From Nanobdella aerobiophila (GTDB lineage Archaea > Nanobdellota > Nanobdellia > Nanobdellales > Nanobdellaceae): a stretch of 32,000 nucleotides of DNA. A model generated the notes under the pieces. That model had not been told where the DNA came from and did no database searches. It worked only from the letters and a program-made list of their open reading frames with translations. The stretch lies in contig NZ_AP019769.1 in assembly GCF_023169545.1 (NCBI RefSeq), positions 540,001 through 572,000 on the forward strand, given 5' to 3'. Below are positions 9,402 to 18,673 of this stretch, piece after piece (the first letter of the stretch is position 1; each line of letters begins with the position of its first letter). The position numbers and the translations under genes are program-made.

Positions 9402-9777
9402 GTATAATCTGGATAGAAACTAAATAATTATATTGATTTCCAAATCTACTTATTATATAATCAATTTTCTTAAATACATATAAATAAGAATTATATTCTG
9501 ATCTAAAAATATATACATTAGGAAAGATTTTTTTAAACATTTATATATAATATTTTTCTAAATTCTAAAGGTATTAGATTATCTTTCTTATTTTTATCAT
9601 TTTATACTATAAATATTATTATTTGATCTACATATTAGATAAATATCTTTTATTCTATAAAGTTATAGATTGGTCAAATCCTCTCTATAAACAATAAAAT
9701 ATATTTACTACTAATTATCAATTATTATTACAAATTTTTATAGAATTTTTTATTAATTCTAAATACTTTATATAAAT

Positions 9778-11076
9778 ATGGATATAATCGTTGGAAGATC
9801 TATTGATGATCTTGAAAAATATAAATATTCTGGATCTATATTTATAGGAAAACAATATATAAAAATGGAAAATGCAACTTCATTATCTAATAATATATAT
9901 CTAGATGTAAATAATCCACATTTAATATTAATTGCCGGTAAGAGAGGACAAGGTAAAAGTTATACACTAGCATCTATATTCGAAAGCTTAGCTACAATGG
10001 AAGAAGATCTATTAAATAATTTCTCAGGCCTCATATTTGATACAATGGGCATATTCTGGACAATGAAATTTCCAAATTATAGAGATGCAGAAGCTTTAGA
10101 AAGGTGGGGTTTAAAACCACAAGCAATAAAAAACTCAAGAATTTTAGTTCCAGAAGGTTTATCGGATAAATATAGAGATATAGATATGCCAATAGATGAT
10201 AGATTCTCTTTAAATCCTTCAGATTTATCTGGTATAGAGTGGGTGCTATCTTTTAATCTAGATCCTTCATCTCAATTATCTTTATATATTCAGAGAATAA
10301 TTAAAAAAATGCAAGAGAATAATAACAGATATACTATAGAAGATATAATTAATTATATAGAAAAATTAAATATTGACAATAGAATAAAAAATAGTATTAT
10401 AACCTACTTTGATTCTGCTAATTCTTGGGGCTTATTTTCAGATAAAGGATATACTACCAAAGATCTTTTGAAACCAGGATATATAAATATTCTAGATATA
10501 TCATTATTTACAGCGATTACAGGAGGATGGTCAATAAAAAATCTCGTAATAGGATTAATTGCAAAAAAAATATTTTATGAAAGACTACTATATAGAAAAA
10601 AAGAAGAATTGGATGAAATATATATTTCAAGAGATATGAATAATAGAGAATTTCCATTAGTATGGCTAGCAATAGATGAGGCACACGAATCTATACCAAA
10701 TGATAGTATAACTCCCGCAACAGAATCATTGATACAGATAATTAGAGAGGGCAGACAACCAGGAATTACATTAGTACTCGCCACCCAACAACCTGGCAAA
10801 ATGCATACAGATGTAATTACACAAAGTGATATTGTAATATCTCATAGAGTTACAGCGGAAAGAGATTTAAATTCTTTAAATGAAATTATGAAAAATTTTT
10901 CCGCCCAGGATATAGACATATATATGAATGAAAATTTACCAAAAAAGAAAGGTGCAGCACTGATATTAGATGACAAATCTGAAAAAATATATGCTATGCA
11001 AATCAAACCTAGAATTTCTTGGCATGGCGGAGCAGATCCTACATTAATAAGAAAAAGATTATGGCTAAATCAATAA
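9778..11076 (+). CDS. HerA/VirB4-like (FtsK-HerA superfamily, DUF87-type) ATPase
   Basis: Walker A GKRGQGKSYT, Walker B PLVWLAIDEAHE, REGRQPGITLVLATQQPG, SHRVTAERDLNSL. Confidence 0.9.
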   Translation: MDIIVGRSIDDLEKYKYSGSIFIGKQYIKMENATSLSNNIYLDVNNPHLILIAGKRGQGKSYTLASIFESLATMEEDLLNNFSGLIFDTMGIFWTMKFPNYRDAEALERWGLKPQAIKNSRILVPEGLSDKYRDIDMPIDDRFSLNPSDLSGIEWVLSFNLDPSSQLSLYIQRIIKKMQENNNRYTIEDIINYIEKLNIDNRIKNSIITYFDSANSWGLFSDKGYTTKDLLKPGYINILDISLFTAITGGWSIKNLVIGLIAKKIFYERLLYRKKEELDEIYISRDMNNREFPLVWLAIDEAHESIPNDSITPATESLIQIIREGRQPGITLVLATQQPGKMHTDVITQSDIVISHRVTAERDLNSLNEIMKNFSAQDIDIYMNENLPKKKGAALILDDKSEKIYAMQIKPRISWHGGADPTLIRKRLWLNQ

Positions 11077-13139
11077 TAAAGATATTGGAAGGAGCTATAT
11101 CTATAATAATTTTTATATCATTTTTAATATTTTATATACATTTATATTATGCTTATATATATAATAAAATAGAGAACAATCAATTAAACTACGATAATAT
11201 AGAAATTGATAATGTACTAGATAAAATAAGTCAAAATTATTATATATTATCTATAAATAGTATGATACCAGTATCTATGTATTACCAGTGTCAGGCTAAT
11301 TCATCAATATACAATAATTTAATAAATGAAAATGCATATGAAGATTTTTGTACAGCCTTTCCTATATTCTATCCTTTAAATATCTCTTTCTTAACCAATT
11401 ATACGGGTATATTAAACAATACATATGATACTTACCTTGATCCTAACTATGGATTATATTTTTATCTAAATATTAGTAATTTATCTATAGAAAATAATAG
11501 TCAATATATAATATTAAATATTTCAAATCCTTCAAATAATGTATTTAATCAAACAATATTCATAACAAACCCGGATTTATTCTACTGGTTACAAAATAAT
11601 GACAATATAGAACTATATGATATAAATAATAATCAAACCATAAATTTCTGTTACCAAAATGCAGATTTTGTATGCAATATTTCTAATGATCAATCTTTTG
11701 GTATATGGGCTAATATTTATATACCTAATAATAATTACACATTACTAAATATATCAATTACAAACAGCTCTTATAGTTTAGACGGTAGTAATATTTTTCC
11801 TTTCTATGATCATTTTTATTACTTTAATGAAAATCAATTGAGTAAAAACTGGATAATTAATACGCAAATAGAGGTATATTATAATAACCCCGGAGATATA
11901 ATATATCCTAATAATTCAGATAGTTTTACCATATCTTCAAAAAAGTATATAAATCCTGGAAATTACCTCGTTATATTTAATGCTTCATCTTCATCAGAGG
12001 GCAAAATAACTATTGGTAATTGCAATATAAATATACCAAATAATAATAATAATATTTATTTCTACTATTGTAATTTGACAGAAAATTCGAATATAACAAT
12101 CTATAATAATGGAAAATTATATATAGACTATATTATATTAATTAATTACAATAATAAATATACTATAAATAACCTATATGAACCAAATATAACAGAAAGT
12201 TATAACTTTATAATAGGACCAGATATAAATTACAATTCTAATAATAATCTAATATTAAACCAAAATTATATTGCCAATAATTATATATTATACAATAATA
12301 ATAGCAATAGTCTAGGATATATTACAGAAATAATCAACAACTATCCCGAGTACTATAATCCTTTATTTTATTATTTATATACTAATAGTAATTTTCCAAA
12401 TACATATAATATAAATGACTCAGAAGCATTGCTAAGTATATATAATAATTATAATTTATCGATAAATAATGTAATCTTCCCAAATACATATTGGTTTATT
12501 ATAAATACAAAAAAATATTATAACTCTAACAATATGATATATTGGAATACAAATGAAAATAATTTCGGATTTCAATATGGGCATGCAAATTTTTATAATG
12601 AAATATTTTCTTATATTAATTCCTTATTAAATAATTATCTATATTTACCATATGAAAATGGTATAATCTTATATAGTAAAAGCCAAAACTCTACATCTTT
12701 ATTATTTACAAACTATAACCCATACATAAGATATTACCTATATATACAATATAATCTATTTCTAATAAACTACTATTATCTAATGAATTTAAAGTTATTA
12801 AATAATTATTCTTATGAAAATTATTATTTATATTTTTACGATAATCCATATCTAGATATTAATACGGGAGAATATCTATCTTTTTCTACACAGATTCCAA
12901 TAATAGATATAAATTATATAAAACCAATAAAAGCAATAAACTTAAATAATTTGATACAAGAATCGAGTAATTATAATAATATATATTTCTATATTGAAAA
13001 TGATAATATAACGATATATAATGGATATATATATAGCGGTAATATAGTAAACAACTACTTATATTCTAATATATATAATGAGTACATATTTTATAATAAT
13101 ACTTTATATAATGATAAGATTATAATATATATAAAATGA
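11061..13139 (+). CDS. Large single-TM surface protein, Asn/Tyr/Ile-rich with many N-glycosylation sequons
   Basis: MAKSIIKILEGAISIIIFISFLIFYIHLYY N-terminal helix, then about 660 aa of N/Y-rich extracellular-type sequence with many N-x-S/T. ATG at 11061 overlaps the ATPase gene by 16 nt (the ORF track starts at 11019). Confidence 0.75.
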   Translation: MAKSIIKILEGAISIIIFISFLIFYIHLYYAYIYNKIENNQLNYDNIEIDNVLDKISQNYYILSINSMIPVSMYYQCQANSSIYNNLINENAYEDFCTAFPIFYPLNISFLTNYTGILNNTYDTYLDPNYGLYFYLNISNLSIENNSQYIILNISNPSNNVFNQTIFITNPDLFYWLQNNDNIELYDINNNQTINFCYQNADFVCNISNDQSFGIWANIYIPNNNYTLLNISITNSSYSLDGSNIFPFYDHFYYFNENQLSKNWIINTQIEVYYNNPGDIIYPNNSDSFTISSKKYINPGNYLVIFNASSSSEGKITIGNCNINIPNNNNNIYFYYCNLTENSNITIYNNGKLYIDYIILINYNNKYTINNLYEPNITESYNFIIGPDINYNSNNNLILNQNYIANNYILYNNNSNSLGYITEIINNYPEYYNPLFYYLYTNSNFPNTYNINDSEALLSIYNNYNLSINNVIFPNTYWFIINTKKYYNSNNMIYWNTNENNFGFQYGHANFYNEIFSYINSLLNNYLYLPYENGIILYSKSQNSTSLLFTNYNPYIRYYLYIQYNLFLINYYYLMNLKLLNNYSYENYYLYFYDNPYLDINTGEYLSFSTQIPIIDINYIKPIKAINLNNLIQESSNYNNIYFYIENDNITIYNGYIYSGNIVNNYLYSNIYNEYIFYNNTLYNDKIIIYIK

Positions 13140-13456
13140 GATCTTGGATTATATTAGTAGAACTAGCTTTCTCAGTAATTATATTATCATTATTTTTATT
13201 ATATAATTATTATTATAAAAATAATAATAATTATATAATAAACTATCAATATTATAATACAATATATCTAAACAATTCGTGTAATAATAATCAACTAATA
13301 TATGAAATAATAAATATAACAAATAATAATGCAACAATATGTTATTATGGTAATATAGTAAGCTCAGAATATATACATAATCTAGAACCAGTATATGAAA
13401 TTTTATACCCTGGCCAAAATAATTATAATCCTTATATATTAATAATATTTTCATGA
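13136..13456 (+). CDS. Small pilin-like single-TM protein
   Basis: MRSWIILVELAFSVIILSLFLLYNYYYK...; ATGA overlap with the upstream gene; extracellular Cys residues. Confidence 0.65.
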   Translation: MRSWIILVELAFSVIILSLFLLYNYYYKNNNNYIINYQYYNTIYLNNSCNNNQLIYEIINITNNNATICYYGNIVSSEYIHNLEPVYEILYPGQNNYNPYILIIFS

Positions 13457-13893
13457 GAAATCAATATATATTACTAGCAACTATGTTTATAACAGTTTTA
13501 TTATCTCTTCTAATTATATATAATAATAAGCCTATTAACTATATAAATCCAGAATTAATAGGAAGTAATTTCCAAAAAAGTATATTATATATATATCAAA
13601 ATTATGGATATAATTATATAGGAAACTATACTAACCTATTTGTAAATTATACAAATACCATAAATTATAATTTTTCTTATATATGCATATCTTCATATAA
13701 TCTATCTTTAGAATCATGTAATGGAAATAATATTAATTGCTGCTATTATTTTAGTGGGTATATAAATATAAATTCAACAATATTAAAGTATTGCGATAAT
13801 AATTTCACCCTATATAACCCACCAGATTGGATATGTTTCTGTTATAATGTAAACAATAGTATAGAACAATATTCAAATTTCTTCTGCACTTAA
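13453..13893 (+). CDS. Small pilin-like single-TM protein, Cys-containing
   Basis: MRNQYILLATMFITVLLSLLIIYNN...; ATGA overlap with the upstream gene; seven Cys including a CC pair. Confidence 0.65.
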   Translation: MRNQYILLATMFITVLLSLLIIYNNKPINYINPELIGSNFQKSILYIYQNYGYNYIGNYTNLFVNYTNTINYNFSYICISSYNLSLESCNGNNINCCYYFSGYININSTILKYCDNNFTLYNPPDWICFCYNVNNSIEQYSNFFCT

Positions 13894-14360
13894 CATCTAT
13901 CAATAAAGAATCCATAAACAGTCTTATTTAATAACAAGCAAATATTATTTCCAGATATAGAATATTCATTTCCAGATATATTAAATGGTAAGGTATTAAT
14001 ACTAAAATTATATAAAAAATCATTTATGGAGATATTGGTTACATTTAAATTTATATATGATGGTACATATATTGAATAATTTATATTAGAATAATAAATG
14101 GCATTTATATATCCTGGATATATATTTATTATTAGATTAGAAGGTATCTGCTCTTGAAACTCATATGTACATGAATAGCAAGAGCCAATCTGATATATTT
14201 CATAATTTAAATTTGATAATAAACTAACCGTATATCTTAAGTTTATCTCAGATTGATTATTGGCTATAGATAAATGAACATAGTATAGAACAAATGACAA
14301 TATTGCTATAGCAAAAGAAGTATATATTAAAAATTCTACCCATAAACTTACACCCTTCAT
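13890..14360 (-). CDS. Small pilin-like single-TM protein
   Basis: MKGVSLWVEFLIYTSFAIAILSFVLYYVHLSIANN...; start overlaps the S19e stop (ATGA); stop overlaps the convergent operon. Confidence 0.65.
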   Translation of the reverse strand: MKGVSLWVEFLIYTSFAIAILSFVLYYVHLSIANNQSEINLRYTVSLLSNLNYEIYQIGSCYSCTYEFQEQIPSNLIINIYPGYINAIYYSNINYSIYVPSYINLNVTNISINDFLYNFSINTLPFNISGNEYSISGNNICLLLNKTVYGFFIDRC

Positions 14361-14869
14361 AAATTACCTATATATTCTACTAAATTTTTATTATCTTTAG
14401 TTAAATCTTTATATATTTCATTCGCCAATTTATCTAATATACTTTTTCCTTCATTAGTAATTACTCTTCCTTTATTTTTATTATCTAGAATTTTTGTAAC
14501 TAAACCTGCAGATTCTAATTCTTGTAATATTGATCTCACCATCTTTCCATATCCTCTTCTAAACTTACCAGGTTCCATGCCTCTTTTTCTTAATCCACCA
14601 TAATATTTTCTTAATCTAGACACACCAATCGGTCCTTTAATATATAATCTCCTCAATATAGAAGCAGCTCTATAATACCACCATCCAGGCTCATTGTTAT
14701 ACTCCTCAGCAGGTATATCTGGATTTCTCTCTCTATCAGGACCTGTCTTTACAAAATTTGCCCAATATGGTGGTTTTATCTTATCTCTATAATTTTCGAA
14801 TAAATATTTTGCTAATCTTTTATTGAATATATTTCCAGGTATATCAAGCACATTTACCATATATTGCAA
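14357..14869 (-). CDS. rps19e: 30S ribosomal protein S19e
   Basis: PPYWANFVKTGPDRERNP...WWYYRAASILRRLYIKGPIGVSRLRKYYGG. Confidence 0.95.
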   Translation of the reverse strand: MQYMVNVLDIPGNIFNKRLAKYLFENYRDKIKPPYWANFVKTGPDRERNPDIPAEEYNNEPGWWYYRAASILRRLYIKGPIGVSRLRKYYGGLRKRGMEPGKFRRGYGKMVRSILQELESAGLVTKILDNKNKGRVITNEGKSILDKLANEIYKDLTKDNKNLVEYIGNL

Positions 14870-14902
14870 TATTTATAAAACATTTTTAAAATATAATATT
14901 TA

Positions 14903-15118
14903 ATGAGTCATACTCAAATTCTAAAATCTACTGGAAGATTTGGAGCAAGATATGGAAAAAGTATAAGAGAAGCTCTCCTAGATATAGAAAAAAATTATAG
15001 AAATAAAAGAAATAAGTGTCCATATTGTAATTATTATTCTGTAAAAAGAGTAGCTTATGGAATATGGTCTTGTAAACACTGCGGCAAAGTATTTACAGGT
15101 AAAGCATATTCAATATGA
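14903..15118 (+). CDS. rpl37ae: 50S ribosomal protein L37Ae
   Basis: STGRFGARYGKSIR... C-P-Y-C ... WSCKHCGKVFTGKAY zinc ribbon. Confidence 0.95.
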   Translation: MSHTQILKSTGRFGARYGKSIREALLDIEKNYRNKRNKCPYCNYYSVKRVAYGIWSCKHCGKVFTGKAYSI

Positions 15119-15255
15119 CCTACTATATGTGTATAAACTGTAAGAGGACTATAGACCATGAATCTGCGTTAAAGAGGGTTAAGTGTCCATATTGTGGGTC
15201 TAAGATTTTAGTTAAGACAAGACCAAATACTGTAAAAAAAGTTAAAGCTATATGA
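15115..15255 (+). CDS. rpoP: DNA-directed RNA polymerase subunit P (Rpo12)
   Basis: Short ORF absent from the track: MTYYMCINCKRTIDHESALKRVKCPYCGSKILVKTRPNTVKKVKAI*; ATGA overlap with L37Ae; zinc ribbon. Confidence 0.9.
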   Translation: MTYYMCINCKRTIDHESALKRVKCPYCGSKILVKTRPNTVKKVKAI

Positions 15256-15452
15256 AAATAATATTAACAGGTTTAGACAAGGATTTCATAGAATCTGCTA
15301 AGTTTTTAAAGAATTCTGAAAATATTATGATCGAAAATGATGAAATTATAATAAACTCAGAGTCTATATCCGTTGGTAGAGCTAAAATTAATTTATTATA
15401 TAGACTACTAAGAATATATGATAATTTTAACAGATTCTTGTCCAATTTGTAA
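15252..15452 (+). CDS. Pcc1-like KEOPS subunit (tentative)
   Basis: 66 aa with ...ENDEIIINSESISVGRAKINLLYRLLRIYDNF; its position downstream of L37Ae-rpoP matches archaeal gene order. Confidence 0.5.
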   Translation: MKIILTGLDKDFIESAKFLKNSENIMIENDEIIINSESISVGRAKINLLYRLLRIYDNFNRFLSNL

Positions 15453-15906
15453 TTCTAAAAATATAGATATAAATAATATAGAGTATGATCTTCCCAAGAT
15501 AGGTAAATCTATATTATATGTATTCAAGTGTAATGATTGTAATTATAAGAGTTCTGAAATAATCCCACTAACTGAAAAAGATCCTGTAAGAATAGAGATA
15601 AAAGTGGATAATAAAGATAAATTTAAGAAAATAATACTAAGATCCCCATATGCAATAATTAATTTGAAAGAAATTGAAATGGATATATATCCTGGAATAG
15701 ATTCAAAATTTGAAATAAAGGCTGTAGACGATTTTATAAATAGTGTAAAAGATAAGTTGGAAGAAATAAAGATATTATATCATGGAGAAGAATATAATAA
15801 AGTTATAGAAAAGATAAAATATTTAGAAGAGGTCTTGGAAAATAAAAAAGAATTAACAATAATAATAGATGACGAGAAAGGCTATTCTACTATATATAAT
15901 TACTGA
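15418..15906 (+). CDS. ZPR1-type zinc finger domain protein
   Basis: CPICNSKNIDINNIEYDLPKIGKSILYVFKCNDCNYKSSEI...DPVRIEIKV. Confidence 0.85.
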   Translation: MIILTDSCPICNSKNIDINNIEYDLPKIGKSILYVFKCNDCNYKSSEIIPLTEKDPVRIEIKVDNKDKFKKIILRSPYAIINLKEIEMDIYPGIDSKFEIKAVDDFINSVKDKLEEIKILYHGEEYNKVIEKIKYLEEVLENKKELTIIIDDEKGYSTIYNY

Positions 15907-16295
15907 GCATTCTCTTCTCCCTTTATATCTTCTACTGCAGACATTTGGTGTCCTCTCCATATCTTCACATATGCTGGTGTCGCTATAATCCAATCCTTAT
16001 TTACTGCTACAATATCCCCGCCAACGGCATCTACTACAGATTTTATTCTTGATACTACTCTTTTTGCTTCAATTAAATCTTTACTTGCATTTAGATTACT
16101 CAAATCTACAAATACTATAAAATTCCTCTCCCTTAATGAATCTACAACTGCCTTTACCTCTGAAGGATCTTTTAATCTAAATACTCTGACATATATCTTT
16201 ACTTCTTCTGCTTTTTGAGTTGGAACTACTTCTACATATTGATCAGTATTCTCTTCCTTCTTACCTTTAAATATATTTTTAAATGAGATCGCCAT
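15900..16295 (-). CDS. sepF: SepF-like cell division protein
   Basis: VYVRVFRLKDPSEVKAVVDSLRERNFIVFVDLSNL...AKRVVSRIKSVVDAVGGDIVAVNKDWIIATP. Confidence 0.88.
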   Translation of the reverse strand: MAISFKNIFKGKKEENTDQYVEVVPTQKAEEVKIYVRVFRLKDPSEVKAVVDSLRERNFIVFVDLSNLNASKDLIEAKRVVSRIKSVVDAVGGDIVAVNKDWIIATPAYVKIWRGHQMSAVEDIKGEENAQ

Positions 16296-16372
16296 ATACC
16301 TATATATTTCATTAGTATTTTTATAGATTTGTTTAATTATATTCTTTTATATTATTGATAATCAATAAAAAA

Positions 16373-16729
16373 TTACTTTTTTTCTAGATTGTCTCTTTTT
16401 ATAATATCCTCCAGTTCTTTTGTCAGTGCTGTTAATTTACCTTTATAAGATTCTGACTGCTTCTTTAAGCTATCTATCTTTATTCTAAATACTTCTTTTT
16501 CTTCCGATAATCTATCTAATACTTCCTTTTTATCTTTTTCTACTAAAACATTACCTACCATCATATATATCTTTTTACCTTCTGGTAAATTTTCTAATTC
16601 TTTTATAGCATTTTCTGCCTCATCTAAATCCTGATTTAACTTTGATATCTGCGCTTCTATAAATAAATAGGCTTGTCTTAATCTTTCATATTCCTCATAT
16701 TTTGAAGTCAATTCTTCCTCATTTACCAT
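16373..16729 (-). CDS. pfdB: Prefoldin beta subunit
   Basis: Coiled-coil/beta-hairpin pattern; IKELENLPEGKKIYMMVGNVLVEKDKKEVLDRLSEEKE. Confidence 0.85.
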   Translation of the reverse strand: MVNEEELTSKYEEYERLRQAYLFIEAQISKLNQDLDEAENAIKELENLPEGKKIYMMVGNVLVEKDKKEVLDRLSEEKEVFRIKIDSLKKQSESYKGKLTALTKELEDIIKRDNLEKK

Positions 16730-16758
16730 TCAATAAAATAATACAAAAAATATTTAAA

Positions 16759-18468
16759 TTATTTATGAAGATAGATAAAAGTATCTTTTTCCCTCTTTAG
16801 AAAACCATACCTTATAGCATGAATTACCTCTCCATCTTTTGTTAAGGTATATATATATCTTTCGGACAAACCTCTATACTTGCCATTTGATTCCCATAAA
16901 TTTATATATTCTTTATATTCATCTGGTATCCACTGAACAATCTTTGCATTAAATTTTTTAGCATCTTCAATAGTTTCAGATATATATTTTCCATATATAT
17001 TATTTCCATCTTTTATAATTTCTATATTGAAACCCTCCATTAATCTAAGGTATTTATTATTTATATCATTATTATCTATATATATAATATTCGAGTTTAT
17101 ATTATATTCTCTATTACCTAGATCTACTTCTGGATGATTTTTAATTATAATTTTCTTTGGTAAATCCAGATTTTCTATTCTTATTTTTACAGGATTTCTA
17201 AGTATAAAAAATCTTTTAGCGGTTTTATCATATATCTCTCTATTATAAGAATAAATTTTATCCCAATTAACATAAACATCTACTGGATTTATATTTATTT
17301 CAATGATATATTTTTTTATAGCTATATTTGATACTCCTCTTCTTTTTAATCCTCTTAGTGTTGGTATAAATGGATCGTCCCACCCAGATATTTTTCCTTC
17401 AGAAATTAATTTCTTTATTTCTGATTTATGTAATGGCATATCTTTAACTAAAAGAGAACCATAATTAATTACAGTCGGAAATTCCCACCCAAGATAATCA
17501 TAGATGTATTTCTGCTTTATAGAATTTACTTCATGTTCTTTCATTCTAAATATATGAGATACGCCCATTAAATGATCATCTATGGATACAGAAAAATTAT
17601 ATGCAGGCCATAACCAATATTTTTCTGCATAATTTTCTCCATATTTCCCTAATAAATATGGATGAATATTTTTTCTAGGATTTACAATCCTAAATGCAAT
17701 CCAATCCCTAACAGAAGGATTAGGATATGATAGATCTGTTTTTATTCTTATAACTGCCTGTTCCTCATCATATTCACCTGATAATATTCTATCAAATTGT
17801 TCAAGGTTCCATTCAACATCTTTATTCCTATATTCTGTTTCTATTCCTTGAAACCTATATTTTGATATAACCTCCTTTGGCGATAAATCTATATAAGCAA
17901 ATCCTTTCTCAAGTAATTCCTTAATATATCTATAATATATTTCTAGCCTCTCTGATTGTATATAAAATTCATCTATTCTGTCATCTATTAACCATTCTGT
18001 ATCATCTTTAATATAATTATAGACAGTAGGATCTGGCTTTTTTACTTTAGGATCTGTATCTTCAATCCTTAATATAAATTTTCCTTTATACATCCTTGCA
18101 TATTCATAATTTATTATTATTGCCCTCGCATGACCTATATGTAAAAATCCAGAAGGGTTTGGAGCAAACCTGGTTATAACTTTCCCCTGAACCGCATCTT
18201 CCAAGGATGGCAACCCTATTTTTTCTTCTTTCTTTTTTTCTTCCAATAATTCTGGATAATCCCTTTTTAAGATGTTATATGCATCTTCTATAGATATATT
18301 AATATATTTATCTGATATTTCCTTAACTTTTTGAATTATCTCTCTTATATTTTTCTTTAATTCTGGATCTTCATATATTAATTTTGATATGACAGAATTT
18401 ATATTTATATTTCCATATTTATATTTATTAAATAGTACCCACTTTTCTACTAATTTATCAAAATCCAT
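16759..18468 (-). CDS. gltX: Glutamyl-tRNA synthetase (archaeal type)
   Basis: RFAPNPSGFLHIGHARA (HIGH), RIEDTDPK, LLVKDMPLHKSEI. Confidence 0.95.
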   Translation of the reverse strand: MDFDKLVEKWVLFNKYKYGNININSVISKLIYEDPELKKNIREIIQKVKEISDKYINISIEDAYNILKRDYPELLEEKKKEEKIGLPSLEDAVQGKVITRFAPNPSGFLHIGHARAIIINYEYARMYKGKFILRIEDTDPKVKKPDPTVYNYIKDDTEWLIDDRIDEFYIQSERLEIYYRYIKELLEKGFAYIDLSPKEVISKYRFQGIETEYRNKDVEWNLEQFDRILSGEYDEEQAVIRIKTDLSYPNPSVRDWIAFRIVNPRKNIHPYLLGKYGENYAEKYWLWPAYNFSVSIDDHLMGVSHIFRMKEHEVNSIKQKYIYDYLGWEFPTVINYGSLLVKDMPLHKSEIKKLISEGKISGWDDPFIPTLRGLKRRGVSNIAIKKYIIEININPVDVYVNWDKIYSYNREIYDKTAKRFFILRNPVKIRIENLDLPKKIIIKNHPEVDLGNREYNINSNIIYIDNNDINNKYLRLMEGFNIEIIKDGNNIYGKYISETIEDAKKFNAKIVQWIPDEYKEYINLWESNGKYRGLSERYIYTLTKDGEVIHAIRYGFLKREKDTFIYLHK

Positions 18469-18469
18469 C

Positions 18470-18673
18470 TTAAAATATTTTTATTGCCCACTTACCCTCT
18501 TTAAAATTATATTTTTTAGCGACTTCAGACCTTTCTTCATTTACTATTAATACAAAACCCGAAAAATCCTCGGCTAAATCTGTAGATCCACAATAAGGAC
18601 ATTTATTTGCATCTTTATTTATTATAGCCTTACAATTCCTACAAATCTTCCTTTTTGGTTTTCTATATACCAT
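18470..18673 (-). CDS. spt4: Transcription elongation factor Spt4
   Basis: CRNCKAIINKDANKCPYCGSTDLAEDFSGFVLI...SEVAKKY. Confidence 0.93.
   Translation of the reverse strand: MVYRKPKRKICRNCKAIINKDANKCPYCGSTDLAEDFSGFVLIVNEERSEVAKKYNFKEGKWAIKIF

Noticed and set aside
9147-9777. Possible tRNA-Gly attachment site for an integrated element carrying the surface operon
   Set aside because: No repeat of the tRNA-Gly 3' end was found downstream and no integrase is present; kept only as a weak possibility under the intergenic-gap finding.
10575-10799. Minus-strand ORF inside the ATPase gene
   Set aside because: Antisense of the Walker B/arginine region of the HerA-like ATPase.
13179-13454. Minus-strand 91-aa ORF antisense to the small pilin-like gene
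   Set aside because: No start context and low-complexity; the plus-strand gene is translationally coupled by ATGA overlaps on both sides.
15248-15445. Minus-strand ORF antisense to the Pcc1-like gene
   Set aside because: The plus-strand ORF is coupled to rpoP by overlap and fits conserved archaeal gene order.
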